DNA of 64,000 nucleotides from Octopus sinensis (Eukaryota): assembly GCF_006345805.1 (NCBI RefSeq), contig NC_043002.1, positions 101,494,001-101,558,000 of the forward strand, in the 5' to 3' direction. Shown piece by piece: positions 31,052 through 47,449 of the stretch; position 1 is the first letter of the stretch; the number at the start of each line of letters is the position of its first letter. A model generated the notes under the pieces. The model did not search any database. It worked only from the letters and a program-made list of their open reading frames with translations, and had not been told where the DNA came from. Position numbers and translations under genes: made by a program.

Positions 31052-31290
31052 TGTGTGTGTTTGTGTTTATGTGTCTGTCTTTGATTTTGTGTTTGTCTTC
31101 CCGCCATCGCTTGACAAATGATGCTGGAGTTTATGTCCCAATAACTTAGTGGTTTGGCATAAGAACCGATAGAATAAATACTAGGCTTACAAATAGTAAA
31201 TCCTGGTGTCGATTTGCTCAACTAAACACCCATTATGGCGGTGCTCCAGCATGGTCGCAGTCTTATGACTGAAACAATTACAAGAATAAA
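30600..31290 (+). mobile_element. Family B SINE with expanded internal microsatellite
   Basis: Head (ttcagtcccattgcgtgtcaccttgggcaag) and tail (gtgctccagcatggtcgcagtc..gactgaaaca) match 58561-58950. Confidence 0.7.
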
Positions 31291-31884
31291 AGAATAAAAA
31301 TATACATAGATATCTGTTTATAGGGCAAGGAAGAAAAATCATTCAGTTTTTGTAGAGGATGCGAATGTACAATGGAAAATGCAAGAAAAAGAGAACATTT
31401 ATGGCGAATTAATGCGGCACTTACAGCTCATTTGTACGCATCATCATAGGTGAACTGGGTTATGTACCAACAAATTTGCCCAAAAGCTTCGGTTTCACGG
31501 AAAAAAGAGCAAAAGAAACCGACATAGCCTTTCCAAATCTAACCTATTTGTGGCACAGTTAAGATTTGTAAAACATTGCAACAAATTCTTCACGTGTGAT
31601 TTTCATGTGAATAGATGCGCGCACTTGGGCGTCGACAGTTCAACCAACGCGTCAACTCAACCACATGTTGACAAAACCCGGGAACTCTCTTAACTCATAA
31701 AGTCTCGTTGCTGCTTTGAACTCTTTTAACCGACTTGAATTCTCTCAGGAAGAACTTAAATAAGACTTATAGAAAAAAAATCATACGTACATACATAGAG
31801 ATTGATGTTAGATTTTATGTAAAGTTATACAATAAAATAGATTTATCATTAACCTGAAGAATTACTCAATATTGAGAGTCGTAA

Positions 31885-32285
31885 GGCGGCGAGCTGGCAG
31901 AATCGTTAGCACACCCTGCAAAATGCTTAGCGGTATTTTGTCTGCCGCTGCATTCTGAGTTCAAATTCCGCCGAGGTCGACTTTGCCTTTCATCCTTTCG
32001 GGGTCGATTAAATAAGTACCAGTTACGCACTGGGGTCGATATAATCGACTTAATCCGTTTGTGTGTCCTTGTTTGTCTTCTCTGTGTTTAGCCCTTTGTG
32101 GGTAGTAAAGAAATAGGTATTTCGCCTGTCTTTAGGTTCTAAGTTTAAATTCCACCGAGGTCGCCTTTGCCTTTCATCTTTTCGAGTTCGATAAATTAAG
32201 TACCAGTTGCGCATTGGAGTCGATCTTATCGACTGGCCCCACCCTCTCCCCAAAATTTCGGGCCTTGTGCCTAGTGTAGAAAATA
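31885..32285 (+). mobile_element. Family A SINE, dimeric arrangement (same arrangement at 42410-42670)
   Basis: Full monomer to about 32120, then a second gagttcaaattcc..ggggtcgat module ending gcctag(t/a)gtagaaaa..atatt. Confidence 0.75.
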
Positions 32286-32689
32286 ATATTGAGAGAGTCT
32301 TTTTTTGTTAAACTTTTGAAAAAAGTCGCAGTCATCCCTCTTTAATAAAAGTTTAATACACACGCACGCGCACACATGTACATAAATTTTATCCACAGAC
32401 TAAACAAATACTATATACGCGTGTGTATAAAACGACATAATCAGTGTGTGCAAGTGTGCGTGTGTGTGTACATATGCGTTCGTATATACAAGGTAGATGA
32501 TTTGTCTATTTAGAAGCATAAAAATATAATGCTATTTTTTCCAAAGAATATTTCCATTCATTAAGTGTTAGGGTTGCATGTGATGGGGGAGGGCCGAGCG
32601 GTTGCAGGAATTTGTCTACAAAGAACATAATTGCACAGCCGAATATTGTTTAGTTCTGGCTGAACTCAAGAGTTGTTGCTGTTGATCTT

Positions 32690-33322
32690 ATTAATGTGCT
32701 TTCATTGTTTTTTTGTTGTTTGTTTTTGTTCCTGCTTCTTTTGTTAAATGTATTGTTGTTTTTTTAACCTATTATCTAATTTAGCTTTTTTTTTGCGATA
32801 CGGTGTTCGTGTTGTTGTTGTTGTTGTTCTCGTCGCCTACTTCTTATTTGTGTTGTTGTTGTTGTTATCGTCCATATTGTTATTTTTGTTGTTGTTGCTG
32901 ATATTGTAATTATCGTTGTTGATAGAAATTCTTGTGTTGTTAATGTCTATTGTTTTTTTAAAATTTTTTTTGCTGTTTATTGTTGATGTTATAGTTGATG
33001 ATGATGATGTAATTATTCTTGATATTGCAAGTGCAGTTCTTATCGTCGTCGTCGCTGTTGTTGTTGTTGTTGTTTTGTTTTGCTGTTCTTAATTGTTTTA
33101 TTATTTTTGTTTTGGCTGTTGTTACTGACATAGTTAAGGCAGTTCTTACAGTTATTATTATTGCTGTCCGCCGCCAACCCCCAATCCGCCGCCATCGTAT
33201 TTGGCTTTCTCCTCCGTTCATGCTTTTCTATGCGTTGAGTTTCTGTCGATGGTGTTATTTATTTTCGTGTTTGTATTTGCTGTTCGACGTTGTTCCTGAT
33301 CGAGTTGATGTTGTTGTTGTTC

Positions 33323-33355
<33 letters not shown>

Positions 33356-33767
33356 TGCATAGGCAGGACTAACAATGAACAGAGAATGAGATCAGATGTT
33401 CACAATGCCAATGTGAGAGAAGCAATGATTGTTATATCATGCATCAAACAAACCTCGCTAAAAAAGACTTTCTTTAGGTTGACCTTATTGAAACCTTTCA
33501 TAACTTCAGCGCTGTTCATGGAGTGCAACAACAACAACAGTACAACAACAACAACAGGAAGAGGAACAATAGCAAGAATAGTAACGACTACGAAAACATC
33601 AACAGCAATATCAACCACGATTATAATAAACAACAACAGCAGCAAAAATAGCAATACAAACAAAAATAATAGTAGCATTTACACCGGCAAGAACAGCAGC
33701 AGCAACAACAACAACAACAACAATAATGAGAATAACAATAGTAATAGTAACAACAACAACAACAATA

Positions 33768-33820
<53 letters not shown>

Positions 33821-35240
33821 AGTGATGATGATAATGATGATGATGATGATAGTGATGATGATAATGATGATGATGATGATGATGATGTTAAATGATGATG
33901 ATGACGATGATGATGATGATGATGATGACGATGGTGATGATGATGACGATGATGATGATGATGATGATGAAGTTGATGATGATGATGGCGATGATGATGA
34001 TGATGACGATGATGATGATGATGATGATGATGATGACGACGACGACGATGATGATGGCGATGATGATGACGATGATGATGATGATGATGATGACGACGTC
34101 GATGATGATGGCGATGATGATGACGATAATGATGATGACGATGATGATGATGATGACGACGACGATGATGATGATGATGATGATGATGATGACGATGATG
34201 ATGATAGAGATGATGATGATGATGATGACGACGACGACGATGATGATGATGATGATGGTGACGATGATGATGATGATGATGATGATGATGAAGTTGATGA
34301 TGATGATAGTAACAATGATAGCAACTTTAATAACAGAAGCAAAACAAGTGTATTAAGAACAACACTAAAATCAGCAAAAACAAGAAGAACAGCAACAACA
34401 ACAACAACAACAACACAAACATTACGAAGAGCCTCAACAACATCAATGTAAACAACAATGACACAAACAACAGAAAATAGTCAAGGACAGCATAGCAACA
34501 ACAACAACAACAACAATTAAGCAATGCTATATCCTTCACTGCCACCAACCCCCAACAATAATAAGAACAAGAACGATACAACCACCACTAACATCAGCAC
34601 CACCACCAACAACATCAACCCAAACAACAACAACATGAACGACACCACCACCACCACCACCACCACAACAACAACAACAAAAACGATACCACCACCACAA
34701 CAACAATCACACAACCACCAACAACAACGATACCACGACCATTACCACCACCATCACCACCACCACCAACAACAACAACCCCATCAACAACAACAACAAC
34801 AACGACACCACCACCACTACCACCACCACCACAAACATCACTCCAACAATAACAACAAGGACACCACGACCATTACCACCACCATCACCACCACCACCAA
34901 CAACAACAACCCCATCAACAACAACAACAACAACGACACCACCACCACTACCACTACCACTACCAACAACAACAATAACAACAATAAAACAATAGTAATA
35001 AGCGAAACAACAGCAGCAGCAGCAGCAACAACAACAGTGAAAGCATCGATATCGTTATGTGCATCATCCCCATCAGCCTCACCACCACCACCATCGCCAC
35101 TAGCAACAACAACTACAATAATAAGGAAAAACGAAAATGTAATCCGCAAGAGCAACCAAAGCAATAACTCAAAAAAGGACACTAATACAACAACAACAGC
35201 AAGAGGTACAACAGCAACATCAAGAACGACTAAAATAATG
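32690..35240. repeat. Compound (GTT)n/(CAA)n/(GAT)n/(CAC)n trinucleotide field
   Basis: Visible runs; (GAT)n 33770-34310. Confidence 0.9.
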
Positions 35241-35415
35241 GTTTCAAAATTTGACACAAGGCCAGCATCATGTCCTGGGGATGGGGCAGAGAGAGTCGAT
35301 TGCATCGACCTGGAAAGGATACCAAGTGAAATCGATCTCGCAGGAATTTGAAGTCACAACGTAAAGACGGAAGATGATTGCCCGGCGTGCTAAGAATTCT
35401 ACCAGCACGCCGACT

Positions 35416-36712
<1,297 letters not shown>

Positions 36713-36713
<1 letters not shown>

Positions 36714-37957
36714 TGCTGCCTAAGATATTCTTACTTATACATGGCAGGGAAAACCTCTGAATGGGAAATACCCAAAGAGAGCGATTAATGCTGATGTTGA
36801 CAAAGATCTTACCCATCAATGGTTAATGGCTTCTGGCTTAAAATCGGAAACAGAAGGGTTTATCATAGCAGCCTAAGATCAATGTGTACCTACAAGAAAC
36901 TACCAGGCCATCGTATTGAAGAACGGCAGCTACACATGTCGTTTATGTCAACAACAACATGAAACCATTGATCATGTTGTCTCCATGTGCAGTCTTCTTG
37001 CGCCTACAGAGTATGTCAACAGGCATGATAGAACTGCACAATATATTCACTGGGTAATTTGCAAAAACCTGGACCTGCCCATGATAAAAAAAATGTGCTT
37101 GAAAATGTCGAACTTCACCATTCAAATTGACAGAAAGATAGATGCAAATAGCCCAGACATAATATTGAAGGACTTCAGACAAAAATTCATGTCTCCTCAT
37201 TGATATGACTGTCCCTTTTGATATAAGCGTATCTGTCAAGACATACCAAAAGCTGAGCCAGTATAAAGATCTTGAAATAGAAATCGGCAAAATGTGGAAC
37301 CTGAAGACTAAAACAATACCTGTTGTCATAGGTGCCCTGGGAATTATAGCAAAAGGGGCTGATTGCTACCTAGCTCAGATACCAGGAAGCCCATAATTGG
37401 CAGAAATTCAAAGATTGTTACGGTGATGTACTTGCATAGCAAGTGACCTGATCGGATATCGTGTGTGGAACGAAAACAATTGCAGCTGAGAAGGTGTTTA
37501 TAAGCCATTTAAGAGACACACAAAATCCGTAAGATTCACTTCAACATTTAAATTTAATTTGTCAAAATATTTTCGTCGCTTTAAGACAGCGGCCTGTTCA
37601 CTGACAAAACAAAGCGACGAAAATATTTTGATAAATTAAATTTAAATTTTGAAGTGAATCTAACAGTTTTTGTGTGTTTCTTTAAATAGCTTATAAACAC
37701 CTTCCACGCTTCAAAAGATAGTGCTCATGGGAATTGCCCATATCCTACGCAAAATACTGTCTATGTAATATCAAATTTTAAAACAAATAGTACAATATTC
37801 TTGTTTTCTTAAATATTCTCTAGAACAATACTATGTGCAAAACCAAATATATGGCACCCTATGCATAACACCAACATGAAATTCCAACTCGTTGTCTCTT
37901 GAGGTCTCTAGGTGAGACTTGGAGTCATCTTGCACAAATATAAAGCAAAAGTCAAAG
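36713..37957 (+). mobile_element. Degenerate 5'-truncated R4/Dong copy interrupted by a palindromic insertion, ending in (AAT)n 37958-38050
   Basis: HQWLMASGLKSETEGFIIAA, CRLC..DHVVSMC, RHD, PDII, YKDLEIE, PVVIGALG; resumes IVLMGIAHILRKILSM* (stop 37766-37768). Confidence 0.85.
37416..37709. mobile_element. 294-bp fold-back insertion with ~10-bp TSD
   Basis: TSD ttcaaagat 37407-37415 / ttcaaaagat 37710-37719; arms 37490-37582 and 37611-37704. Confidence 0.75.
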
Positions 37958-37965
37958 ATATAATA

Positions 37966-38031
<66 letters not shown>

Positions 38032-38050
38032 TAATAATAATAATAATAAA

Positions 38051-38375
38051 GGCGCGTGGCTCAGTTTTTAGAACGTCGACCTTACGATCATGAGGTTGTG
38101 AGTTCGATTTCCGGACCGGGCTGCATGTTGTGTTCTTGAACAAGACACTTTATTTCATGTTTCTCCAGTTCACTCAATGAGTTGCGACATCACTGGTATC
38201 ATGCTGCATCCGCCTTTACCTTTCCCTTGGATAACTTCAGTGGTATGCAGAGGGGAGGCTGGTATGCATGGGCAACTGCTGACTGTCCATAAACAACCTT
38301 ACCCGGACTTGTTCCTCGGAGGGTAACTTTCTAGTTGCAATCCCATGGTCATTCGTGACCGAAGGGGGTCTCCTC
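38051..38375 (+). mobile_element. tRNA-derived SINE (family C); related remnant at about 21650-21880
   Basis: A-box tggctcagtttttag, B-box gagttcgatttcc, then gttgtgttcttgaacaagacactttatttca. Confidence 0.7.
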
Positions 38376-38399
38376 CTCAATAATACTAAGGTAAAGTGC

Positions 38400-38700
38400 C
38401 ACTATCCTCTGGGATTTTCGAGTCAACACCGACAGAACGATCCAATCGAACAGACATAATTATTAAAGACAAGGAAGAAATGACTTGTAGACTAATAGAT
38501 GTGTCTGCACAGATAAAAATATAACTGTAAAGGAATTTGACAAATTAAGTAAATATAAGGACCTGAAAATTGAAATATAACAGACGTGGCATGTTAAAGC
38601 GAGAACTGCTCCTGTTTTTGTGAGACACATTTGGATAACATCCCAGGAGTACCATGTCTCAAAGAAATCGAAAACATTGTGTTGACAACTACTGCCCTCA
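38400..38700 (+). pseudogene. Degenerate R4/Dong RLE fragment (related to 56370-56700)
   Basis: DIIIKDKEE..LIDVSA..VKEFDKLSKYKDL. Confidence 0.65.
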
Positions 38701-41700
38701 TCCTTTGGAAAACTTATCCATTTAAATGTCTGTGTTGTATTACATGAAGTTATTTCACTACTGCCTCTGCCACCTCCGCTCCCCCAAGCTTTCATTCAAA
38801 CTATAACTTCTCTTATCCTTCACTCACCCCAAGACAGTGGGTGTGCAAAAGCTGTAAAACAACTGAAATCCAAACTAAAACTGGAACAGCAACGGATCAG
38901 TATAAAACGATGCCAAGAAAAGCCCCATTCTGGCAAATATTGGGTTACGCTAAACAGAAAAGAAATAGATAAACCCGTCGTCGTTTTTCCATCATCCTCA
39001 TCATTATTATCCTCGACGTCATCGTCGTTGTCATCATCCTCGTCATAACTCTCTTTAACGTCGTTTTCACTGCTATCATCCTTATAGCTTTTGTCATTAA
39101 AGTCGTCTTCGATGCCAGCATCCTCATCATTGTTGTCACTGGTGTCGTCGTCATTGCCCTCATGCTCATTCTCATCAACTCCGGGAGTTTACTTTTCTGA
39201 GCGTCACTTGAACATAAAATGACTGGCCATGTGTTAAAATTTATAACCATTTATAACATTTATATCCATTTATAACATTTCAACGAAATACTCATGCAAA
39301 TTAGCCTGACGAATTGAACTGAGTCTAGGTTTGTATCGCCTCTCTATAGCCACTACTTTTTCGCCTCACCTTTCACAAGAGTAGAGGCAAGTTTTTCACA
39401 ATGCACATACGAAAATAAATAACGAAATAACTCGTGATATCTCGCTACCAAAACCGCCAGGAAAACGATTCTTAATTTGCCCGGGTCACCCATCAATTAC
39501 CATTCCAACACACTTTTAAAACAGATTTTTAAAAAAATGAAAGGGCCTGAGTTGAATGAAAAATCAAAAATCAAGGTTTTTATATAACTGGACAACGCAG
39601 TTGTCAGTATAGTAAAGGTTGGCAGTGAATATATTTAGTAAAATAATTATAGATGCTTCTAAAAGACATATCCATCTCGACATAAAATATAAAAAGTACA
39701 ACCACAATTACCGACTGGAAATAATGAGTCTCATAAAAACCAGAGTCAACCTCAAACATAATACAGCAAATCTACATATAGCTGAAATACAACGCAGCAT
39801 CAAAGAAAGAAAGAAGAGAGAAAATAACCGTAGGAAAAGAGAAAACTAGCAAATATTTGTATCTAATATAAACCATCAAAATGGCAGTAAAACGTTATAT
39901 ATATTGTAATTAGCACATAACAACAACAGCAACAGCAACAACCACTCAAACTTCCATATCACAGTAGCTGTTTCAGTTGATATCATTGTACTGAAACAGT
40001 AAGAAAACTCCCTTATCGAAAAGTTCTCGTAAACCAGCCACAAAGCCCATCACAACAATAGGAGTAAAAATGAAAAACATACACATATTTAGACCACGGT
40101 TTCAACCTCTTTTATCAGACATAAAAAAAGGAATATGAATATCTAAAATTCTCAGAGGTTTCAGTTTGAGATGTTTAGATCCGAAATATACATCCTTAAA
40201 TACCTTGGGATTGAATCACTGTCAGATACCTAGGAATGAATCAACGTACTCATAAGTTTACATCTAGTCGTAGCGACACTGAATTTCCCAGTATCTGGGA
40301 TCAATCCTTAGATCCATCTTAAACAATCTAACCAGTGGACAATCACGTGTCACGCTCTTATTGACTCCACATCCCTTCAACCAAGATCTGCAGACGGAAG
40401 CGGACTGGACAATTGGAGAATGTGAAACTTATGACAATTATACGATCTCTAACTTTAAGTAGCCATAGGCAGAATCTAAGAGCGTACGGAGATAGACTGG
40501 ACGGCATTGAAGAATGTGCATTAGATCCAACCCGTCACACTTTCTGTCTGATAAGATCCGTGAATGTGTGTTGGCGAGTAAAGTATAGTCGTCAGCTAGT
40601 TTTAAACATAGGATAATTGAGAGGATGAAAGTGTAGGCCTTGTGTTGCTGTCAGCCCCACAACTTGTACATCATGGAAATGTTCATCCTGAGTTGTCCCG
40701 GGTCTACTCAACCAAACAAATACATTTTTGGAAGAACCAACAACTGATTCTCTACAAGTTTGTTCAGGATGACTGAAGCCAAAATTTCCTTTAAATTACA
40801 CGCTGTTTCCATTTAAATAGCAATGACTCTTTAAATTATTTATGTTCCACTGTCTGAAAAATAAAGTAGGTTGGTCACGGTCAGAAAGTCTTTGATCATA
40901 TGTATGCTCTATCAGGTTGATCTGGGTTTTAAACAACAAAAACAATAACTAGAGAACTTAGCAACTTCCAAAAACTCAAATCTAAAATATTCTACCAGAT
41001 ATCAGCTGAAGCGATTTGGGAAAATGTCCAACGAGTAATGTCGAAATTTATCAATGGATGACAAGAGAGAGTAAAATGTTTTGCACTTTTATTGTGAATC
41101 TATATTGTTTCACTACTATTTTATTATCTTACTATTTTTAGACAATGTACGGCGGCCAAGCTGGAGATACATCTCCAAGGATCTTCATCGTCTGCATCGA
41201 CACCTAAACCCGGATTTTTCCCGTCTCTTATCTATGTTGTCTTCATTAATTATGAAATCATAAAGTCATATATTTGCTGTAAAGAAATTAAACCCCAACG
41301 CCAGTTTACGTGAGTATCTATAAGCACAGGCATGGAGTTTCTTTGTGTTCCATGGGATTGCTATACATTCCAGCAAACCTTTCAAATCATACCCTACATA
41401 CTAAAGATGGAAGGATCCATTGGTTTATGTTTTTAATCGCAGTATGTCAAAGAATCTCTTGATTTACCATAGAAAATTATAACCATCGACACCACGCTTC
41501 ACCAGCTTTGATATAAAATCCAGTGAAACAATATGCATCTTATATGAAAATATTACTTAGTTTTGGAATTGATATATTCGCTTGAAAGGTGGGCATAATG
41601 TCTTGCCCTATTTGTTTCGACTGTCTGCGCTCTTAATTCAATTCACAATGAGGTCACTTTCACATTTTATCCTTCTAGGTGACGATGAAGAAGAATAAAT

Positions 41701-43040
41701 CCCTGGCGATGAATTGGTAGAACTATGAGAGGGTCGGCCTTGTAGTATTTGTTTCAGTTCTTCTTGATCAGATACGAAATCTTGAAAGCCTCTCAACACA
41801 GACAGATGGGGCGGAGAGAGGAGGCTTGCATGTGAAAATAAATACCAGACTTCTTCAAAAATTATTGTCCAGATTTCGGTATACACTTGCAAAAACATGT
41901 TGAGCCTCGATCTATTTTTCTGCCATCCAGCTTGCAATAATCTAAATGAAGATATTTTTGCCATTAATATATCGATGTATACCTCTATTGAATATGAACT
42001 CCGTATGTGATTAGAGAGTCCAATGGCTGAGTGATTAGAAGTCGCTGGTCACAACTATGGGTGGTCTCAGGCTGGATCCAACTCCGCAAGAATTTGCGAG
42101 ATTATGTGCGTTTATCATTGCCCCATCATGGCCACCTGGAGAAATTTGTGAAGGTCGAACTAGAGTGCTTCTATCTAAAACCTGCAGCAGTTTTAATAAA
42201 TGTTATATGTGGTATAATCTTTCTGTCTCTTTAGAGATGAATCGAGCTGGCAGTGACTGAATCGGCTTTGAACCGCTCTGCCTCAGACCAGTATATCAGC
42301 TTAATTTCTTTCTGATTGAGACTAGATATTGTGTTTATAGATTTCATTGGTGTTTCTATTATTATTCAGGCTTTCGTCCTGTAGAACAGGACTGTGTCAA
42401 TACAATTGACTGGGGTCGATGTAATCGACATAATCCTTTTGTCTGTCCTTGTTTAACCTCTCTGTGTTTAGCCCCTTGTGGGTAGTAAAGAAATAGAAAT
42501 AGGTATTTCGTCTGTCTACTTTATGAGTTCAAATTCCACCGAGGTCGACTTGGCCTTTCTTCCTTTCGGGCTCGATAAATTAAGTACCAGTTGCGTACTG
42601 GGGTCGATCTTATCGACTGGTCTCCTTCCCAAAATTTCGGGCCTTATGCCTAGAGTAGAAAAGAATATTAATTGAGAGAGAGAGAGAGAGAGAGGGGGAA
42701 TGAGAGAGAAGAGAGAGAGAGAGAAAGAAAGAAAGGGAGCGAAAAGAAATACAAAGAGCCAACATTTGTGTTTCGTGAAAGGGAAGATATGTTTGATATT
42801 CATTTCATAAAGTTTTGTCTGAAGGTAGTTGTAGAGTCAAGTAAGTAATTTAAAATAGGAAGAGAATGGGAAAGAAGTGTGAAAGGATGGAATAGAAAGA
42901 AGAGAAGGATAGAAAGAGGAGGGATGTATGAGGAGAGCTAGTAAGGGGTAGGGATGTAATGAGGGAGGTAAGTGCAATGGTGAAAAGGAATATAAACAGG
43001 ATATGGAAAAGAAAACGGTACGGCGGTAGAATGTCGTCAG

Positions 43041-43083
<43 letters not shown>

Positions 43084-43196
43084 AGAGAGAGAGAGAAGAG
43101 AGAAAGAGGCTGAAAAGATAGAGGAAAATAGGAAGCGATAAATTGTAATATAAAGAGAGCAGAGTAAGAAGATAAAGGAAGACAGAGAGAGAAAGA

Positions 43197-43235
<39 letters not shown>

Positions 43236-44023
43236 ATCGAGAAACGGCAGAGAGAATAAGAGATAACAAGGAAAGAGAGAAAAGAGAGAAAGAAAGAAGA
43301 AAGAAAGAAAGAAAGAAAGAGCGAAAAGAAATGGAAAGAAGCACCATTAACGTTTGGTTAACTCCAAGAATAAGAAATGTTTGATAAGAATTTCATAAAA
43401 TAGAGACATGATTTGAAAAGTATTATGGAATCTGACAGAGTAACTTTATCACGTTCACACCTTCGATTTACATATTCTTTTGGCCGTTTCTCCTGACAAC
43501 ATTAAACAATAACAACATTTAAGAAGAGAGATTTCTTTTTATTGTTGTCAGAGTATCACTGCGGGTATCTGAATGTATAAAGTGTGAGTGTATTTAGTGA
43601 GAGAGAGAGAGAGAGAGAGAAAAAACAGACGCAGGAATAATTGTAAATAACAGGATACTAAGTTAAAGACAGGGGGTAAAATGAATGTGTATAAATGTAG
43701 TTGTACACATACACATACACACACACATATATACACACGCATACACACACTCACACACACACATACTCTTATATAAAAATTTGTTCGTATACAGATCTAA
43801 GCATATCTGAACGTATACGTAGGCGCACAAATATATATACATACATATCTTTATAGACACATACGTATGCATACACACATACATTGATATATATATATAT
43901 GTTTGTATATACAAATATATAAATGAATATGCATATATATATGCATGTATGTATATATATATATATACATACATATATATATATATGCATATACATATAT
44001 ATATATATACCTATATATATAAT

Positions 44024-44057
<34 letters not shown>

Positions 44058-44075
44058 CATACGTATATATGTATG

Positions 44076-44108
<33 letters not shown>

Positions 44109-46620
44109 ATACATACGTACACAAGCACATTTACAAATTCGGAAATATTAATGTATATAAATATGTGTATAATAAGAAAAAATAATATTTCTCCATATAC
44201 GTATATGTATGCGCATATATATATATATGCATGTATGTATGCATGTATATATACATATATATATATTATATATATATTATATATATATAATATATATATT
44301 ATATATATATATATCAACATATATGCATACGCATGTTACTATGTATGCATATAAATACATATACGCATAGGTGGGCATATATAAATATACATGTATACAT
44401 ACACTTATATATACATACGCACATTTGCAATAACGTTAAGAAAACTAACACAAGAACTAATAAACAAACAACTACACAAATAAAAAAAAACAAGACAAAC
44501 TACGCCAATAAACAAGTGAACAAACAGATCTTAAGAATTACAGAGCTTCAAACAGTTATTTCTGTTATTTTTCGCTAAAGCGAAGTTCACAAGATCATGA
44601 ACTCCAGTGCAGATTGCACTCACAATAAAGCAATTTCCACCATTGTCTCTGCTCTCACAGACCGAACAGTTCAAACATCTAACTGATAATTCTACGAGTT
44701 TTATCAGTTTTATTTGATTTAGTGAATTTCCATTTCTTCAGGCTTCTTAATAATATCTCATCGTTATAATATAGCTGTCTGTTGCTTATAAAAATATTGC
44801 GCTAAGTTTCGGAAGTGAATTGTATCCACACATACACACAAACACCAACACACATACACACAGACACATATTCACACACAAACACATAGATACATACATA
44901 CATACATACATACATATAAATATATATATGTGTATATACATACATACGTATATAAATATATATATATACATATCATCTTTCTTATATATGTGCGTATAAT
45001 TATGTGTGTGTGTATATATATATATATATACACATATATGCGTGTGTGAGTATGTGTATATATAGGCATATATGCAGGCATACTCACACACACGCACGTA
45101 CACATACATATGCATATATGTATCTATCTGCCAATCTATCTATTTATCTAACTCTATATACATGCGTACATTCGCACGCAAGGAAACACATCTATACATA
45201 CACATATATACACACATTTATACATGTATAGTTTATAAATGCATTAAGCAAAAAATAAAGGTAGAATGCAAGAGAAACAAAGTGTTATAAATAAGAAGTT
45301 TTCTAAACTCTTTAAGAAACTCATCTTTCTAGTTTAATCCTTAATTATCTGTCCTGGATTAATGTTTGTCGTTATCGGTGGCTAAATTAGATGCGCGCAT
45401 GACTCTATTTTCAGCCTTATTGTTACAATTTTCGACGTTTCTTCTTGAAATGTTTGTCAATATCTCTTTATTATGATATTGTTGCTGTTATTATATTCCT
45501 TCTAAAGTCGGCAAGCTGGAAGAATCGCGAGCACACCGGGACGAAATGCTTCGCGGTATTTCGCCCGTCGCTACATTCTGAGTTCAAATTCGACTTTGCC
45601 TTTCATCGTTTCAGAGACGATAAAATAATTACCATTTGAACAGTAGGGACGATGTAATCGACTCATCCTCACCTCCTGCCGCAAACTGCTCTTGTGGCAA
45701 AAATTTGAAATAATTATTGTTATTATTATATCCCTTCCGAAGGGGACAAGCTGGTACAATGTTAGCTCTCTGGGCAAAATGTTAAGCGGCATTTCGTCCG
45801 TGTTTACGTTCTGAGTTCAAATTCCGCCGAGGTCGAATTTACGCTGTATTCTTTCGGGGTTCATAAAATAAGTACCAATTGCGGACTTAGGTCGACGTTA
45901 TCAACAAGCTCCATCTCCCCAAATTTCAGGCCATTGGGCCTATAATAGAAATAAATATATTTCTTCTCCCTTTAAGTTCTAGGTACAAATTCCTCCGAAA
46001 GGGCTGCGCGTTTCATCCCTTCCACTGAGAAATGAATCACCTATCGCAGTTTACTCCTGGTTCTTTGTTCGCCATTAAACTCTTAGAACACCATCAAAGT
46101 CAAATAAAATACTGATAGTCAAAATGAGCAATGACCCAATAGTTCAAATTTCTGTTTCTTTTCTTTGTTTATTCTTTTTTCTTAAGATTTCAACTGTGAG
46201 AATAGCAGTGTAATATCAGGCACCGCGATGCAGCAAAAAAAAAAAAAATACTCGTCAAAAATTGTCCTCGGTGTTTGCCTCAAGTTGCAGATCTTACTAT
46301 CTCGTGCATCGTCTCAATATAACAAGGAATGCTTAATGTGCAGCACTTCAGTTTTGACCCTGTATTATTTACGGCAGTATGGCTAAGAAGCTCGCTTGGC
46401 AACCATGAGGTTTCGGGTTCAGAATCCGTGATATATGTCCTGCTATGTACCCGGATAGATCAAGCCCATGTGGATAAATCTAACAGACCGTAACTGCATG
46501 GAAGCCAATCGTATATATGTGTGTGTGTGCATTTATGTACGTAAGTGTGTGTTCGTGCGTGTATGTATGCGTTCGTCTCTTCTCTACATCTTGACAACCG
46601 ATGAGGGTTACTCTTTTACT

Positions 46621-46988
46621 CTTTTACTTGTTTCAGTCATTGACTGCGGCCAGCTGGAGCACCGCTTTAGTCGAGCAAATCGACCCCGGGACTTATTCTT
46701 GTAAGCCCAGTACTTATTCTATCGATCTTTTGCCGAACCGCTAAATGACGAGGACGTAAGCACACCAGCATCGGTTGTAAGCAATGCTAGGGGGACAAAC
46801 ACAGACACACAAGCACACTATATATATACATATATACGACAGGTTCTTTCAGTTTCCGTCTACCAAATCCACTCACAAGGCATGGTCGGCCGGGGCTATA
46901 GCAGAGACATTGCCCAAGATGCCACGCAGTGGGACTGAACCGGAAACATGTGGTTGGTAAAAAGCTACTTACCACACAGCCACTCCTG
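46621..46988 (-). mobile_element. Family B SINE
   Basis: Aligns with 9017-9385. Confidence 0.8.
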
Positions 46989-47403
46989 TGGCTGTTTATG
47001 TGTCCGTAAAAATATTGATTGAATAACTACCAGACGAAAAACTAAGTCCTGGGGTCAATCTGTTAAAGTAAGACCCTTCAAGGTAGATTTCATTACGCTT
47101 ATGTTTCAGGAATTTTATTTGCTGTGTAAGGGAACTCATAATTCACAAGGGTTAGAACAGCAAAATCAGTTGTAGAACGTTGAATAATTTCCATATTAGC
47201 ATTTAAACCTCGTCAGTAGTTTATAATTAGTTCAACTATTACCTCCACAAGACGCAAGCGGGTATCCAGTCTTGCTTTCTGATATTAATACATAGGCTTA
47301 ACATGTCAGCCTGTCTGTCTGCTTGCATGTATGTATGCATGTAATCATTTATGTACAAATGTATGTATGAATGTATCAATCTATCTTTTTCTGTCTTTTT
47401 CTT

Positions 47404-47449
<46 letters not shown>

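Noticed and set aside
31885-31970. tRNA genes at SINE heads (also 38051, 58561)
   Set aside because: A/B boxes only, no complete cloverleaf, and followed by SINE bodies.
39600-42260. Unique-looking stretch with short ORFs (possible Penelope or L1 remnant)
   Set aside because: No RT or GIY-YIG motif recognisable.
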